DNA of 63,815 nt, counting the filler, from Choristocarpus tenellus KU-1152 (lineage: Eukaryota > Protista > Phaeophyceae), in the NCBI GenBank assembly GCA_964200185.2. It is 10 parts of 10 records of this genome, joined end to end, with 100 filler letters (N's around TTAATTAATTAA, not from the genome) between each part and the next. Parts side by side here need not be neighbours in the genome. Positions count along the whole stretch, not along the records: positions 21,294 to 29,107 come from CAXNAD020005548.1; positions 29,208 to 38,194 come from CAXNAD020004119.1; positions 38,295 to 41,740 come from CAXNAD020019976.1; 7 more parts are not named here. The stretch is one strand, 5' to 3'. Positions 27,101-38,609 of this stretch are shown here, piece by piece; the first letter of the stretch is position 1; the number at the start of each line of letters is the position of its first letter. The notes under the pieces were generated by a model, which saw only the letters and a program-made list of their open reading frames with translations, was not told where the DNA came from and did no database searches. Made by a program: the position numbers and the translations under genes.

Positions 27101-28624
27101 ACATACTACATTACATACTATATTATACATTACATACTATATTATACTACATTACATACTATATTACATACTGCATTACATACTGCATTACATACTATAT
27201 ATTAATACTACATAACATACTGCATTACATACTGCATTACATACTATATTACATACTATATTGCAAGGTCTTATGCACCGAACACAGCCTGCAGGGATGA
27301 GTTGTGGGCACGCACATAACACACTGGTTGTAATTTAACTCAACTACCTCCACTCACTGCTGAAGCCATGCATGACACTTAAGATTGGTTACTACCCACG
27401 TTTCTATAACTGTGGGGAAGTGTTGTGATGGTATTCATTCTCCAGTGCTACTAGATACTTTCAAATTCTGTTTCTACTTGGCTGGTTCTCTCAGACTGTG
27501 CTAGCCTTGTCATGACTATGTTACCCTTCTCATGACTGCCCTGTGTGTTTGGTATGAATCTGCAGTCGAATTCTTAATAAGTTTTCTTATCCTTCAAGAG
27601 GGTCAACCATGTCCCCCAGGTCAAATTTTGTTCTGGTTTAACGGGTTGTGTACCATGGAACTGGTGCCTTAGTTGCTTCCATCTTTTCGTTTTTTGCTTT
27701 TAATAAATATTAAATAAATATTAAATGAATAATTAATAAATTGTGTCTCTCTTACCTATGCTGTACCACCTTGCTGAAACTGGCTTTATTTTTGTGTTGT
27801 TAAGGATGAGCGTGAGAGGGTCAAGGCCAGCGGGGCAAGGGTGATGTCCATGGATCAGATTGAGGGGCTGGAGCCAATCCATGAGAAGTGGGGGGATGTC
27901 AATCTTGGTGAGAAGAAGAGCAATAATTACTATTTGACTGCAGTTAATTCTACCTGTACCTGTACCTGTACCTGTACCTGTGACTCTCAGATGCATTATA
28001 GAATACCTTGACCCATTTCTGACTGAACATGTCAGAAATTGAATGACCACATCTTGTACCAATTGCATGTACCCAAAGAGTTGTATGTCTTAATTTAGGG
28101 TTAGCGTTGCGCATTTTTGTAACTGCAACTGCAACTGTAACTGTAACTGTCAGGGGAGGAGCTTGACGAAGGGGGTGATCCGCCGCGTATCTGGAGTCCA
28201 TTTGGAGAGTATCCCGGTACAGCCTTCACTCGCAGCATGGGGGATATGATCGCAGAAGAACTGGGTGTTATAGCCGACCCAGAAATAATTCATCGAAAGA
28301 TTCATGCAGGGGACAGGTAGCAACAGAGTGAATCATAGTTAATCATAGTGAATCAGAGTGAATCAGAGTGGCAATTGGTAGTTTGTTTGCTGCTTAATTT
28401 TGCTGTGAAATTTGTATTTTGCTTATTCTCTGTGTGGGCTGGCTATATTTGTCATTGTGATTGAAGCACTCCTTTGAAAGCCTTCCCTCTCTTCTTGCCT
28501 TCCCTCTCTTCGTCTTGTCTTGTCTTGTCTTGTCTTCCTTTGGCAGGTTCATTGTGATTGCCAGTGATGGGGTGTTTGAATTTCTGACAAATCAGAGTGT
28601 GGCTGATATGGTGGCTCTCTATGG
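24176..28624 (+). CDS. Protein phosphatase 2C (PPM), N-terminal part, of the PP2C + cyclic-nucleotide-binding/kinase subfamily (At2g20050-like); 7 exons seen, 3' truncated
   Basis: Exons 24176-24291, 24508-24610 ([20 protein letters not shown]), 25310-25465 (VFDGHG), 26143-26322 ([20 protein letters not shown]), 27805-27907 (MDQIEGL), 28154-28316 ([19 protein letters not shown]), 28547-28624 (ASDGVFEFL). All GT-AG and in phase. Confidence 0.92.
26843..27262. repeat. Intronic 12-bp minisatellite (CATACTACATTA)n
   Basis: Seen directly. It lies in a PP2C intron and produces the spurious HYIL-repeat ORF. Confidence 0.92.
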
Positions 28625-29207
28625 GTGAGTCGACTGTTTTGTGTTTTTCATGATGATCATCAATACCCTCAATACCCTCTTCAATACTATCGTCAATACC
28701 CTCTTCCTTGTGCTGCATGATGATATTCCTTGAGATATGTTGCATCATCAATACCCATTTTGTGTGTGGTGGTTGGAGAGTTCTTACATTGGGATGTCCT
28801 CGTTGAGTGACAATACTGTTGATACTGTTGATCTAAAAAAAAAAACACTTGTATGTTTAGGGAGAGTATTGACAGCATACAAAGAGAGCATTCAATATAC
28901 ACAAACCAGACATTGCAAGCCCATACCGTATACCAGGCATTGCAATGTCATCACCATTTTGACAAAAGTAGTTTAAGTTCAATATGCACACATACCAGGT
29001 CAAGCATTAAGTATGATTTAACATCCGAAGAAATCAATACATAATAATACATAAATATATATACATACATAATACATACATACATAATACATACATACAT
29101 ACATACANNNNNNNNNNNNNNNNNNNNNNNNNNNNNNNNNNNNNNNNNNNNTTAATTAATTAANNNNNNNNNNNNNNNNNNNNNNNNNNNNNNNNNNNNN
29201 NNNNNNN

Positions 29208-29365
29208 GTCAATATCCTTGTTCCGGAAACACCTTTTCATAACATACACATTTTACTTTTTCCGAAATATTTTGGAGTAGGAAAATGTCATAGAAAATCC
29301 AAGGGAAGCCAAGCCCTAAATGGACAAGCAGGGCAAAACTCGTACCCTCTAAGATACTTTCACTC
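29208..29365 (+). mobile_element. GAG...CTC MITE family A, copy 1 (3' part; contig starts inside it)
   Basis: Ends in TACCCTCTAAGATACTTTCACTC. It is nearly identical to the reverse complement of copy 2. Confidence 0.85.
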
Positions 29366-29468
29366 ACACTCCTGGTGCGGTTTGACGCTCAACGTACTGA
29401 TTCAGGGAAACATACTCATGGTACGGTTTGACGCCCCTGAACCGTCACCCAGATTGTTGCACTACTGT

Positions 29469-30329
29469 TTAACGATGATCTACACCTATACAAAGAAATT
29501 CGCTGCTCCCATGAAGAAGGGCGTGTGTGACGTAATTAACTAACCTGTTAACGAGGAAGTGAAGGGCCCTCATGGGGATGTCCGTTGCAGCACCTTGGTA
29601 CTCGACGTCATACACGGTTTGGAGTACCGGAGGAGATGGATCACTCCCATGGCCAAAGATGTCGTCGATGGTGACTCGCTTGTTGCATGTGAACTCTGTC
29701 CCACCATTGTGCGCGAGAAGAATCATGTCCTGGTGGCATCTGAGATGGTTATCAATGCCTGCGAAAAGGCGCCCCCCCCCCCTCGCCTTGTACATTATAA
29801 GCAGGGGATGATCCTCCATAACCAAGCCCACCTTCAATGCCATAAGAGCCCCTGAATGAAGCCTTTTGCGAATGAAGACTCCAATGCAGGTGCTTATGGC
29901 AGCAGCAGCAGCCTCACTCAGCGCAAAAATGTTGTTATTGGTTGCCCAAACACCTTGTATGATATACTGCTTCCTGGTCGTCTACAACGGGCTGTGGGAG
30001 GGACAGTTCATGTAGCGGTCTTCCGGCCCCGTACGTACGTACTTCCTACCGTCCCGATAATATTGTGTTTGTCTTGAATGCAGCAAAAAAAACATATCCA
30101 AAGACAAACATTTATTGTTACCTACACACTCGATTTTTGTTACTAACCTGATACGTGCTAACAAGTGGCCATTTTTTTACAACTCTAAGCAGATTTTTTT
30201 ATTTACAGACATGGTGTTGCTCTCCCCCATTCGCCAGATTATCCAAGCGGATTGGCTGGTCATCACCAACAGTACCAGCAGCACCATGAGGGCCAAAGCC
30301 GACAGCAAACCTCTCGGCTTCGTGTTCAT
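29469..30329 (-). CDS. Hypothetical 211-aa protein with N-terminal signal anchor (2-exon model)
   Basis: Exon 30329-30207 (MNTKPRGLLSALALMVLLVLLVMTSQSAWIIW..., GT donor, phase 0) joins exon 29981-29469 (TAG acceptor, phase 0, 170 open codons). No family recognised. Confidence 0.4.
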
Positions 30330-30564
30330 GTCTGTAGACGCGGCGAACCAGACATCACACGCCCTCCCAGCACTTTATCCACCTACCCACGGCGGTGACA
30401 GGTAACCACACGCACGCATAATCCATCTGTCAACAAGTTTGCAGCCGCACGCAGAACAGAATAGACGACCCTGTTTTATTCTACGAATGAGCGCAAAGTC
30501 CAAAGAAATAACCGTCAAAACAGACGCACACAATTCCACTACCTATTCCGTTCATCATGATGAT

Positions 30565-30822
30565 GGGTGAAAGTATCTTAGAGGGTACGAGTTTTGCCCT
30601 GCTTGTCCATTTGGGGCTTGGCTTCCCTTGGATTTTCTATGACATTTTCCTACTCCAAAATATTTCGGAAAAAGTAAAATGTCTATGTTATGAAAAGGTG
30701 TTTCCGGAACAAGGATATTGACACTTCCTAACAAACACGATAGCCAAAATTACATCAATATCGCAACATTGGATTTTGGCTTCCAAATGGACGCAGCTCT
30801 ACCCTCTAAGATACTTTGGCTC
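30565..30822 (-). mobile_element. MITE family A, copy 2 (complete, inverted)
   Basis: About 258 bp, with TIRs GGGTGAAAGTATCTTAGAGGGTA / TACCCTCTAAGATACTTTGGCTC. Confidence 0.88.
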
Positions 30823-31579
30823 CCAAAGAAGAATTTTTTCCCCCCAGACTATACCACTGCCCTCTTCATCCCTCACAATCTCTGTTCACCCACCAACAAC
30901 GGCCTGGCATATAGCAGCCACCGCATCTGTCACCTGCTCCCATTCCTCCCTTTTTACATCCGTGCTGCCGTTTGTCCCTCTGCTTATTCCCAGCCTGCCT
31001 GCCCCAGCAGCGGCAACAGCAGCATTGGATCCCAAAAGCACAGCTGCCCCCAACCCTTCTGCTATTTCCATCTCAGATCCCTTAATTGCTGGTCCCACAT
31101 CAAGAGATCCCATGAGGGTGTTCTGTCGCTTGTTTGGGTTGCCAAAGGTAACCTGCAATGCATCGGAGCAAGGGTATATATTGAGTTTTGTAGCATGCCA
31201 GGGGGGGGGGGTGTAGCGGTGGTAGTAATGAGAGTTGGTTGTGTTGGAATTGCAGGTTATTGTGGTCAGGCCTTATTAAAGATAGTCAATGAAGTCAAAA
31301 GAGATATAAATACTCTTCTGTTACAAGCTCTAGAAATAAAGTGCATGGAGTGTCTGGCAAATATCAAAATCGCTTTGTTTATTTACTTGTGGTTCAATTT
31401 GGGATGAAATAGTTGTATGTTTCAGATAAAACGCTCAAGAATGAGTTGGGATCTTGAGGGAACATTCCTGGTTGAGTTCATATGTTAAAGTTGATGGCAT
31501 CCATATTGTTTTACACAGCAAAGAGAGCCATTGCAATTGTGTCCGGTGATTATTTTTGTTGGAGGCTCCTGGAGCCTGC

Positions 31580-31715
31580 TGGCAGTTGTACAATACAAAT
31601 ATTCCCAAGCTCATTCAGTGAAATGCGGCAGAATACAAGGAATTGTTTTTATATAGTGTCAGGCGAAATGGTACATTCTAGAAGGGAGCTTCTAGATCTC
31701 TGGGACCTCGAAGTA
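31580..31715. repeat. Degenerate coding-like dispersed repeat, related copy at about 37975-38100; probable old transposon fragment
   Basis: Shared CATTCA.TGAAATGCGGC.GAAT.CAAGGA...CAGGC.AAATGGTA..TTCTAGAAG...CTTCTAGATCTCT. The minus-strand peptides PCILPHFTE and PCIPPHFSE are similar. Confidence 0.6.
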
Positions 31716-32602
31716 GCTGAGAAGAACAGAAAGATCTGGAACTTCTGAATTTAGAATTTGGTAAAGAGTGTTTTGTATTTTGTGACTTTGTGTGATAGTG
31801 AATGGTGTAGTTGGTATTGTACTTCCAGTGAAGTACATACAAATAGTAGGAAGTAGGAAGAGATAATATGGGGAAAATAGCAAGCTGTCAGTATAAGATA
31901 AAGAGTGATTGAGAATTATTGACCAAAGAGAAGAATAATTGATGATGACGTAGGTTACATTGAGGTTGCCCTCATGGACAAGTAGAGTTCACTTCGTTCT
32001 GAGCAACAGATTAATGACATTTAAAACTAAATTTCTGAAGAGTGCTGGGAATCATCATGGTTACTTTACCATGCTATATAGTAGATCACTATAAAGTGTG
32101 CATCTGGTCCTGATATTGAGGGTTGGTGTTTTTTTTTCTCTATGTGAGGAAGAAGTCACCCCATGCCGGAACTTCACCATCGAGGGCAGGGGACAGGGGA
32201 AGACCTCTTTAGAGGAATAGGCCCAGGCAGGTTGGTAGTGGTGCAAGTTCAAACAATGTTTCCAGTCAAGATGGGATGGATGAAGTCAAGTATTGTGGGG
32301 GTGAGGTGGCTGATGGAGGTGGAAAGAATCTCAAGATTTTGGGAATAGAAAATTGGCATAGAGTGTGAACTTTATGGGAACAAGATTGGTTTTACACAGA
32401 GTGAGGTAGGTGTTGATAGTCCCATCCATATGGATGATTATATTTTCGATGAAGCAGGGTATCAAGGCATCAGGCACGATGGCAACATACTGGTGTGATG
32501 ATAAGGTACTGATCCATGATACTGGTGGTAGAATACACTTGATATTCACAGAGGAAAAGAGAGGCCATGCTTCATTTGTTCTGCATACAACATGTCCCTT
32601 TC

Positions 32603-32859
32603 GAGTCAAATTATCTTAGAGGGTAGAGCCTCGTCCGTTGGGGACCAAAATCCAATGTTGCGATTTTGACGTAATTTTTTCCTATTGTGTGTTTTAGGAA
32701 GTGTAATATCCTTGTTCTGGACACACCTTTGCATAACGTATACATTTTACCTACTCTGAAATGTTTCATAGTAGGTAAGTTGTCCTAAAAAATCCTCGGG
32801 AAGCCAACCCCCAAACGGACAAACAGGGCAAAACTTGTACCCTCTAAGATACTTCACTC
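32603..32859 (+). mobile_element. MITE family A, copy 3, with 4-bp target-site duplication TTTC
   Basis: TTTC-[GAGTCAAATTATCTTAGAGGGTA...TACCCTCTAAGATACTTCACTC]-TTTC. Confidence 0.9.
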
Positions 32860-33199
32860 TTTCCCCAAGACCACCAAACATATCGCCCGTATGATTGTTC
32901 CCTGTGGAGTATTGTTTGGATCATGGAATGATGTACATGAAGACGGTGATCACAGTGATGGGGACAAGAAGTCAAGGATCGAGATGAACATTGACATATG
33001 AAGTTGAGCCTCGTAGACATAGACCCATGTCATATACTGCACATCTATACAAGACTGGAAGTTGATAACCCTGTGTGTCAAGAGCAGGGGAGGATGGCAC
33101 ACAGCGGTTTGCAAGTTGTGCTGCTGAACTTTTTTGTGATGGTGAATGCTCATGATGAGTGATAAGGTTCATCTGGTATAGGGATGGCAAGTGTTGAGC

Positions 33200-36100
33200 A
33201 ACTGGGCAATCATTGACGGAGGCATTAACAGCGCACCAAGCACCGAGTCAGTTAGCAGTCATCCCCAAGGTGATGCTGATACCATTCTTGGGCAAGAGGG
33301 AGGACTGGAGGAACTGGTCATTATTGCACCATTCACACATGAGATCCCTCAGGTGTGACACGGCTTTCAATGTGCCTAAGGAGAAGACCGTCAAAATTGG
33401 GATTACCAACTTCAACAGCACGAGTGTTAAAGAGGATTGACTGCATGGGGCTGAGGTGGTGTAGATGTATCTGATCACCACATGCAGGGACATCGCCTTC
33501 AAGATCATGGCAGGTGCAGAGTTACCAAGCCAGGGTTGAAAGGCACTACTCACGTTCTATCAACCTAATGTTACAAGTGAGCAATGTCAGCTGCAGCATG
33601 AATTATTCATGATGGCGATGGAGTCAGGAGAAAATCCGACCAAGCTTACACTCCGTTGATCAAATCATGAAGGAGCTTGAAAGGTTGGGGGTAAAGGTAT
33701 CGAAAGACCAGATCAACATCAATCAACATTATTAGTGGACTTTCCATGCAGCACTAGATGGAAAGAAGAAAGCTAGACAGCAACACATCACTTACTTATG
33801 CACGTGAGGATCAACACAGTGACTGTGCAGTGGTACAGGCGACTACAAACGGATAAACTAACTGCTGGAAATACTGCACTTGTAGCAGCAAATCATGGGT
33901 TGGCTGAGACCGCAAGGTGCCAGCTCTGCAAGAGGCTGGGTCACAAGATAAAGCACTGCAAGGTGAGGAAAGGTGAACATGCAGGAGAATATGCATCTTG
34001 CAGCAAGTGGGAGCACAAGGCAAGGGAAACCCACAGTACAGCTACAATTAAAGAAGATGCTTCATCTGGAAAAAGATGAGACACTTTGCCAAGGACTGCC
34101 GCAACCGACATAATCAGGGTGGAGAGAAAAATGATAAGATGTCAGGTTGGAAGCATATGGGAGCTCTGATAGTGACCACAGTGGACATGGGTCGATCTAT
34201 TATGTGATCATGTATTTAGATGTGTGGGTGACTGGACCAAATGAGCTTTGAACTCAGAGACAATGAATCACATGGTGCCAAATACAAATGACACAATCAA
34301 TTTCAAGTCAGCATTGGGCACAGCAGTGGAGCTTGCTAACGGAAATTTCGTGGAGGTCAAGGACTATGGAGCATCAGAGGCGTGCATAAAGTGCCCCAAT
34401 GGAGTACAAAAAATGGCCATTTTGGAAAAGGTAGCACTAGTACCTGACTTGGGGCAGAACCTACTATCAGCGAAAAAGGTTTTGATAATGTCAGGCTGTT
34501 GCATTCTTATGAGGGGTGACACAGTGGTAGTGGATGCTGATGACGACTTATGCAACTTTGGTTTTAAGAAGAAAGACTGTACCTTGTCGAGATTCAATGA
34601 CTCGCAGCATTGGGGCCAGCACTTACAATGAGGCTTTTTAAACATGGAGATATAATGTATATAATGAAAATGCAGAACAAGCCCTGGGCACCAGCACAAA
34701 CATCCCACAAGAGCAACAGCCAAGTGGCATGGCATCAAATTAACCCAAACCTGGAAATCCGGCTCGGGGTGCTACAAAGAAAAAGCAAGCAGAGACTCAA
34801 CTCAGCGTTCAAGACATTGGACAGTGGAGCAAAATATAACGACTGGGATGACTATTGTGGACCTAACGGGGAAAATGGGGGTGGAAAACCAGAGAGGAAA
34901 GCACTATGCGATGGTCTTTGTCGACAACTGCTCTCTGAAGAACAAGATCGACACAGTAGAGGTGGTCATAAAATCTATTGCTGATGTGGCCAAACCAATA
35001 AAGCAGGGCATTCACACCATTCTCACCGACGAAGGAGGCGAGTTTGAAAGAGAGTTCGAAAAATTTCTAATGGAGCTGTCTATCCGACACAAGATGACAG
35101 TGCCTGATACACCTCAATGCAACGGGGTGGCAGAAATGGTGTTAGGTCTAATGAAAGAGAATGAATGGCTATGCTGGAAAGAGTGCAATAAGTAACAACA
35201 CAAACCTAGGAGCGGGAGCAATGGGCATGGCATGTGCAGTAACCAACATTTGTGATACCACGACAAATGAAGGTGGCACATCACTATTCGAGAAGTGGCG
35301 TGACTTAAGAGTGGACCAAAATGGCATTTAGCCATTTGGCATGGTGTGTTACTTTCGATACACATATCAGGGATATAAACTTGCATGGCATAGGAGCAAC
35401 TGCATCATGCTTGGATGGATATCAGACAGACTGAAAGACGCAATAAAGGTGCTCAATCTGTAATATGAGTGATACTGATACAACAGGATGTGAAGTGGCA
35501 TCTGGAGATCAACTAGATGAGACCAAGCGAGCCCACGACAATAGACAACAAGACCCTGGGGCTGGTGGTACCGTGGGGCAGTTTGGCACAGTGACAAGCA
35601 GCCAATCTGAGGTAAAGAAGGGTCATACGAGCAACCAGAGTCACCCAAATTTCCTTGTATCAGCCACAACAACCAGTGTCCAGAACACTTGGGCAAAAAA
35701 ATAATCCCTGGATTGGGCAGCCTTAACCAACAAAGCCAGGTTGCACAAGAAGAAGATTGGTGAAAGCGTCGGCCAATCAAAAAGCCAATGATGAGGATGT
35801 TGCCAACAACAATGGCTTGGCATTATGCAGCATCTTGAAGAAAGGAGGAATGAAGTTCAAATCGGTGGGAATGATGAAGGAGCAGGTACACAAGAACATG
35901 GCAATGCAAGCTTTGGTCATCTGGAGTTATTGATATGTGAGCTTCCATCTGAACCATCAAATCTGTCACAAGCTCTTTCCTCAGTAGAATCAAGGCATTT
36001 GGCAAAGGTGTTGGAAGTTGAAATGGATAGGCTGGAAAAGAGCAAAACTTGGGCACAGTTGCCATGCCCAACTGACCCCAAGATGGTTGGATCTAACATT

Positions 36101-37495
36101 GTATCCAAGCTGAAAGTATATGAGATTGACAAAATGGCAAGATGAAAGTGCCGATTTGTTAATTAAGACCTCCAGCAAATCCCTGGACTTGACTACCCGG
36201 AGAGTTCATTCCAACAGCACTGGCAGCAAGCATCAGGAGGTTGCTGGCAATAGTAGTAATGGAGGATCTGGAGGTATGATATCTGGATGTGCAGCATGCG
36301 TTCAACCATCAGCAAAGGAAGAAATCTTCATTGAGTTACTGGAGCAGTACCAGAAGTTTCCCAAGGCTGTTGGCAAACAAAATCGTTACGTATATGGTTT
36401 AGTCCAGGCATCACGGAACTGGAACTGCATGGTCAAGGACTAATTTGTGATGCTGGAGTTAGAACAATCAAAAGCTGACCCTTGCGCGTGAAGAAGGGAC
36501 GTGGATGGTGAACTGGAAGCAGTAGTCATCTTACACATCAATGACATCCTGGTGGAGAGTAGGGTCACTGCTCCAATGGAGCAATTTGTGAGAGATCTGA
36601 TCACGAAGTTCGTGATTGAAGATCTTCAAGCTTCTACATAGCTCGTACATCTACTGTGAATGTGAGAAGAAGGAATGAACGATGGACCAGTACATCTACT
36701 GCCTAACCATCGCAAGAAGAGTCAGCACCACCAAGCCCAGCATGGTGCTCGCGCCACAAAGGACAACACTATCCACAAAGGACTACCACTAGATTCTGTC
36801 ATCAGAAGCAACACATGAAATACCCTGTCAGGAAGCAGTGGGGGCACTGATATGAGTGTCTATCGTGACTTAACTGGACATTGCAGACTCAACAAGGTTG
36901 GTGGCAAAATTCTGTGAGAATCCAGGACAAAAACATTGGATGGGTTGTGCAAGAGATACATCAGTGCTTGCTGAGGAAAAAGGACAAAGGAGAAGGGACT
37001 GGCATATATGGAGGGCTGGGGGCAACTATGGAAATGAGGACATTTTCGGATGCCGACTATGCCACATGCCTGGATGACAGACACTCTGTTCTTGGAGGTG
37101 TCATTGTCATTCTACTAGGTGGTGCTGTGGTCAACTGGTTTTCGAGAAAACAAAGGGTGATGGCAATGTCAATTATGGAGGTGGAGTACATTATGCTGGC
37201 AGAATGCCTAAGGACATCATGTTCAAGTACAGTGGCTCATGGTACCAAAGCTATGGGATTACCAAGTGTATGGAGAATATGAGGGGTCGATTGAGCTGAC
37301 TAACAATACTATTAGTAGTCATTGTACAAAGCATGTAGATGTGAGGTATCACTTCACTCACGGGGCATTGCAGGATAAAATGTTCAGTGTAGGACATCAT
37401 CAGAATAGAAGAACATAGTGCGGATGCAATGACAACGGTGCTTGATGTAAAGTGTTTTCATCAACATATTAGTGCAATGATGAAAGAGAAATACA
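33200..37495 (+). mobile_element. Degenerate Ty1/copia LTR retrotransposon internal region (gag-PR-IN-RT-RNase H)
   Basis: Domains appear in copia order: zinc knuckle CQLCKRLGHKIKHC; protease-like NSETMNHM...LVPDLGQNLLS; integrase VDLTG..YAMVFVD, TDEGGEF, PDTPQCNGVAE; RT EPSNLSQAL, YGLVQASRNWN, ADPC; RNase H FSDADYA...WFSRKQ...EVEY, TKHVDVRYHF. Many stops and frameshifts; no LTR pair found. Confidence 0.92.
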
Positions 37496-37505
37496 CTGGA
37501 AAGTA

Positions 37506-37766
37506 GAGTCAAAGTATCTTAGAGGGTAGAGTCGCATACATTTGGGGACCAAAATCCAATGTTGCGATTTTGATTTAATTTTGGCTGTCATGTTTGTTAG
37601 GAAGTGCCAATATCCATGTTCCGGACACACCTTTTCATAACGTATACATTTTTACCTACTCTGAAACATTTTGCAGTAGGAAAATGTAAAAAAAACAACC
37701 TGTGGGAAGTCAAGGTTTTAATGGACAAACAGGGAAAAACTCGTACCCTCTAAGATACTTTCTCTC
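37506..37766 (+). mobile_element. MITE family A, copy 4
   Basis: GAGTCAAAGTATCTTAGAGGGTA...TACCCTCTAAGATACTTTCTCTC; flanks AGTA/CGTA match at 3 of 4 positions. Confidence 0.88.
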
Positions 37767-38139
37767 CGTAGAATGGAAACTAAGTATAGGAATATTCAAG
37801 AGAGTTTGTCTGAGCAAAGCATACTCAGTATGTGTTTTCAAGGGGGAACTGACTTGGATGTAGCTGTGAGATTAATATGGATTTCAGTGAATCAGGACCA
37901 GAGTATATGTTCGGATTTGTTGCGCTAGCAAGTTGTTGGAGTATGGAACGACTTCGCATGATGAGTGAGGGTGTTAGTAGTTGCACCATACAGGTGTTTC
38001 AAAGTGCATTCACTGAAATGCGGCGGAATGCAAGGATTTGGATTTGGTGGTTTCAGGCAAAATGGTAATTCTAGAAGATAGCCTTCTAGATCTCTAGGAT
38101 CATTTTCTTGGTGAAGACAAGAAGGACAGAAATATCAGG

Positions 38140-38194
38140 GAGCCAAAGTATCTTAGAGGGTAGAGCCGCATCCATTTGAGGGCCAAATTCCAAC
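38140..38194 (+). mobile_element. MITE family A, copy 5 (5' end, truncated by contig end)
   Basis: GAGCCAAAGTATCTTAGAGGGTAGAGCCGCATCCATTTG. Confidence 0.85.
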
Positions 38195-38609
38195 NNNNNN
38201 NNNNNNNNNNNNNNNNNNNNNNNNNNNNNNNNNNNNNNTTAATTAATTAANNNNNNNNNNNNNNNNNNNNNNNNNNNNNNNNNNNNNNNNNNNNAAACAC
38301 AAAACGAAAGAGGGGGGGGGGGGGACGCGTGGGTGTCGGGCGTGGGGGGGGGGGGGGGGGGGGGGGGGGGGTATATGGTGGGGAGTGGTGTGTCAAGATA
38401 GAGGGGGTATAGCAGAGTTCAGGGTAAAAACAACTAACCTATGGGGTCAATGTGAAAACAGAGAAAACAAAAATTGATGGGAATGCTAGTTATGGTGGTA
38501 TCATGTTCTCATCAGATCTAATGCTGTTTTAAAGGACTGAGGGTGAGTGCGTGGGAGGGGGGAAAAGGTCCAGGAGAGGAGAAAGAGGGACGATGACAAA
38601 TGTAATTAC

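Noticed and set aside
26557-27300. 247-aa HYIL-repeat ORF
   Set aside because: It is the translation of a 12-bp intronic minisatellite within the PP2C gene.
30718-31407. 229-aa plus-strand ORF
   Set aside because: It starts inside a MITE with a TTG start, has no recognisable motif, and lies in transposon debris.
32603-37766. Direct repeats flanking the copia element read as its LTRs
   Set aside because: They have GAG...CTC rather than TG...CA ends and long TIRs, copy 3 has its own TSD, and further copies occur in both orientations. They are MITEs.
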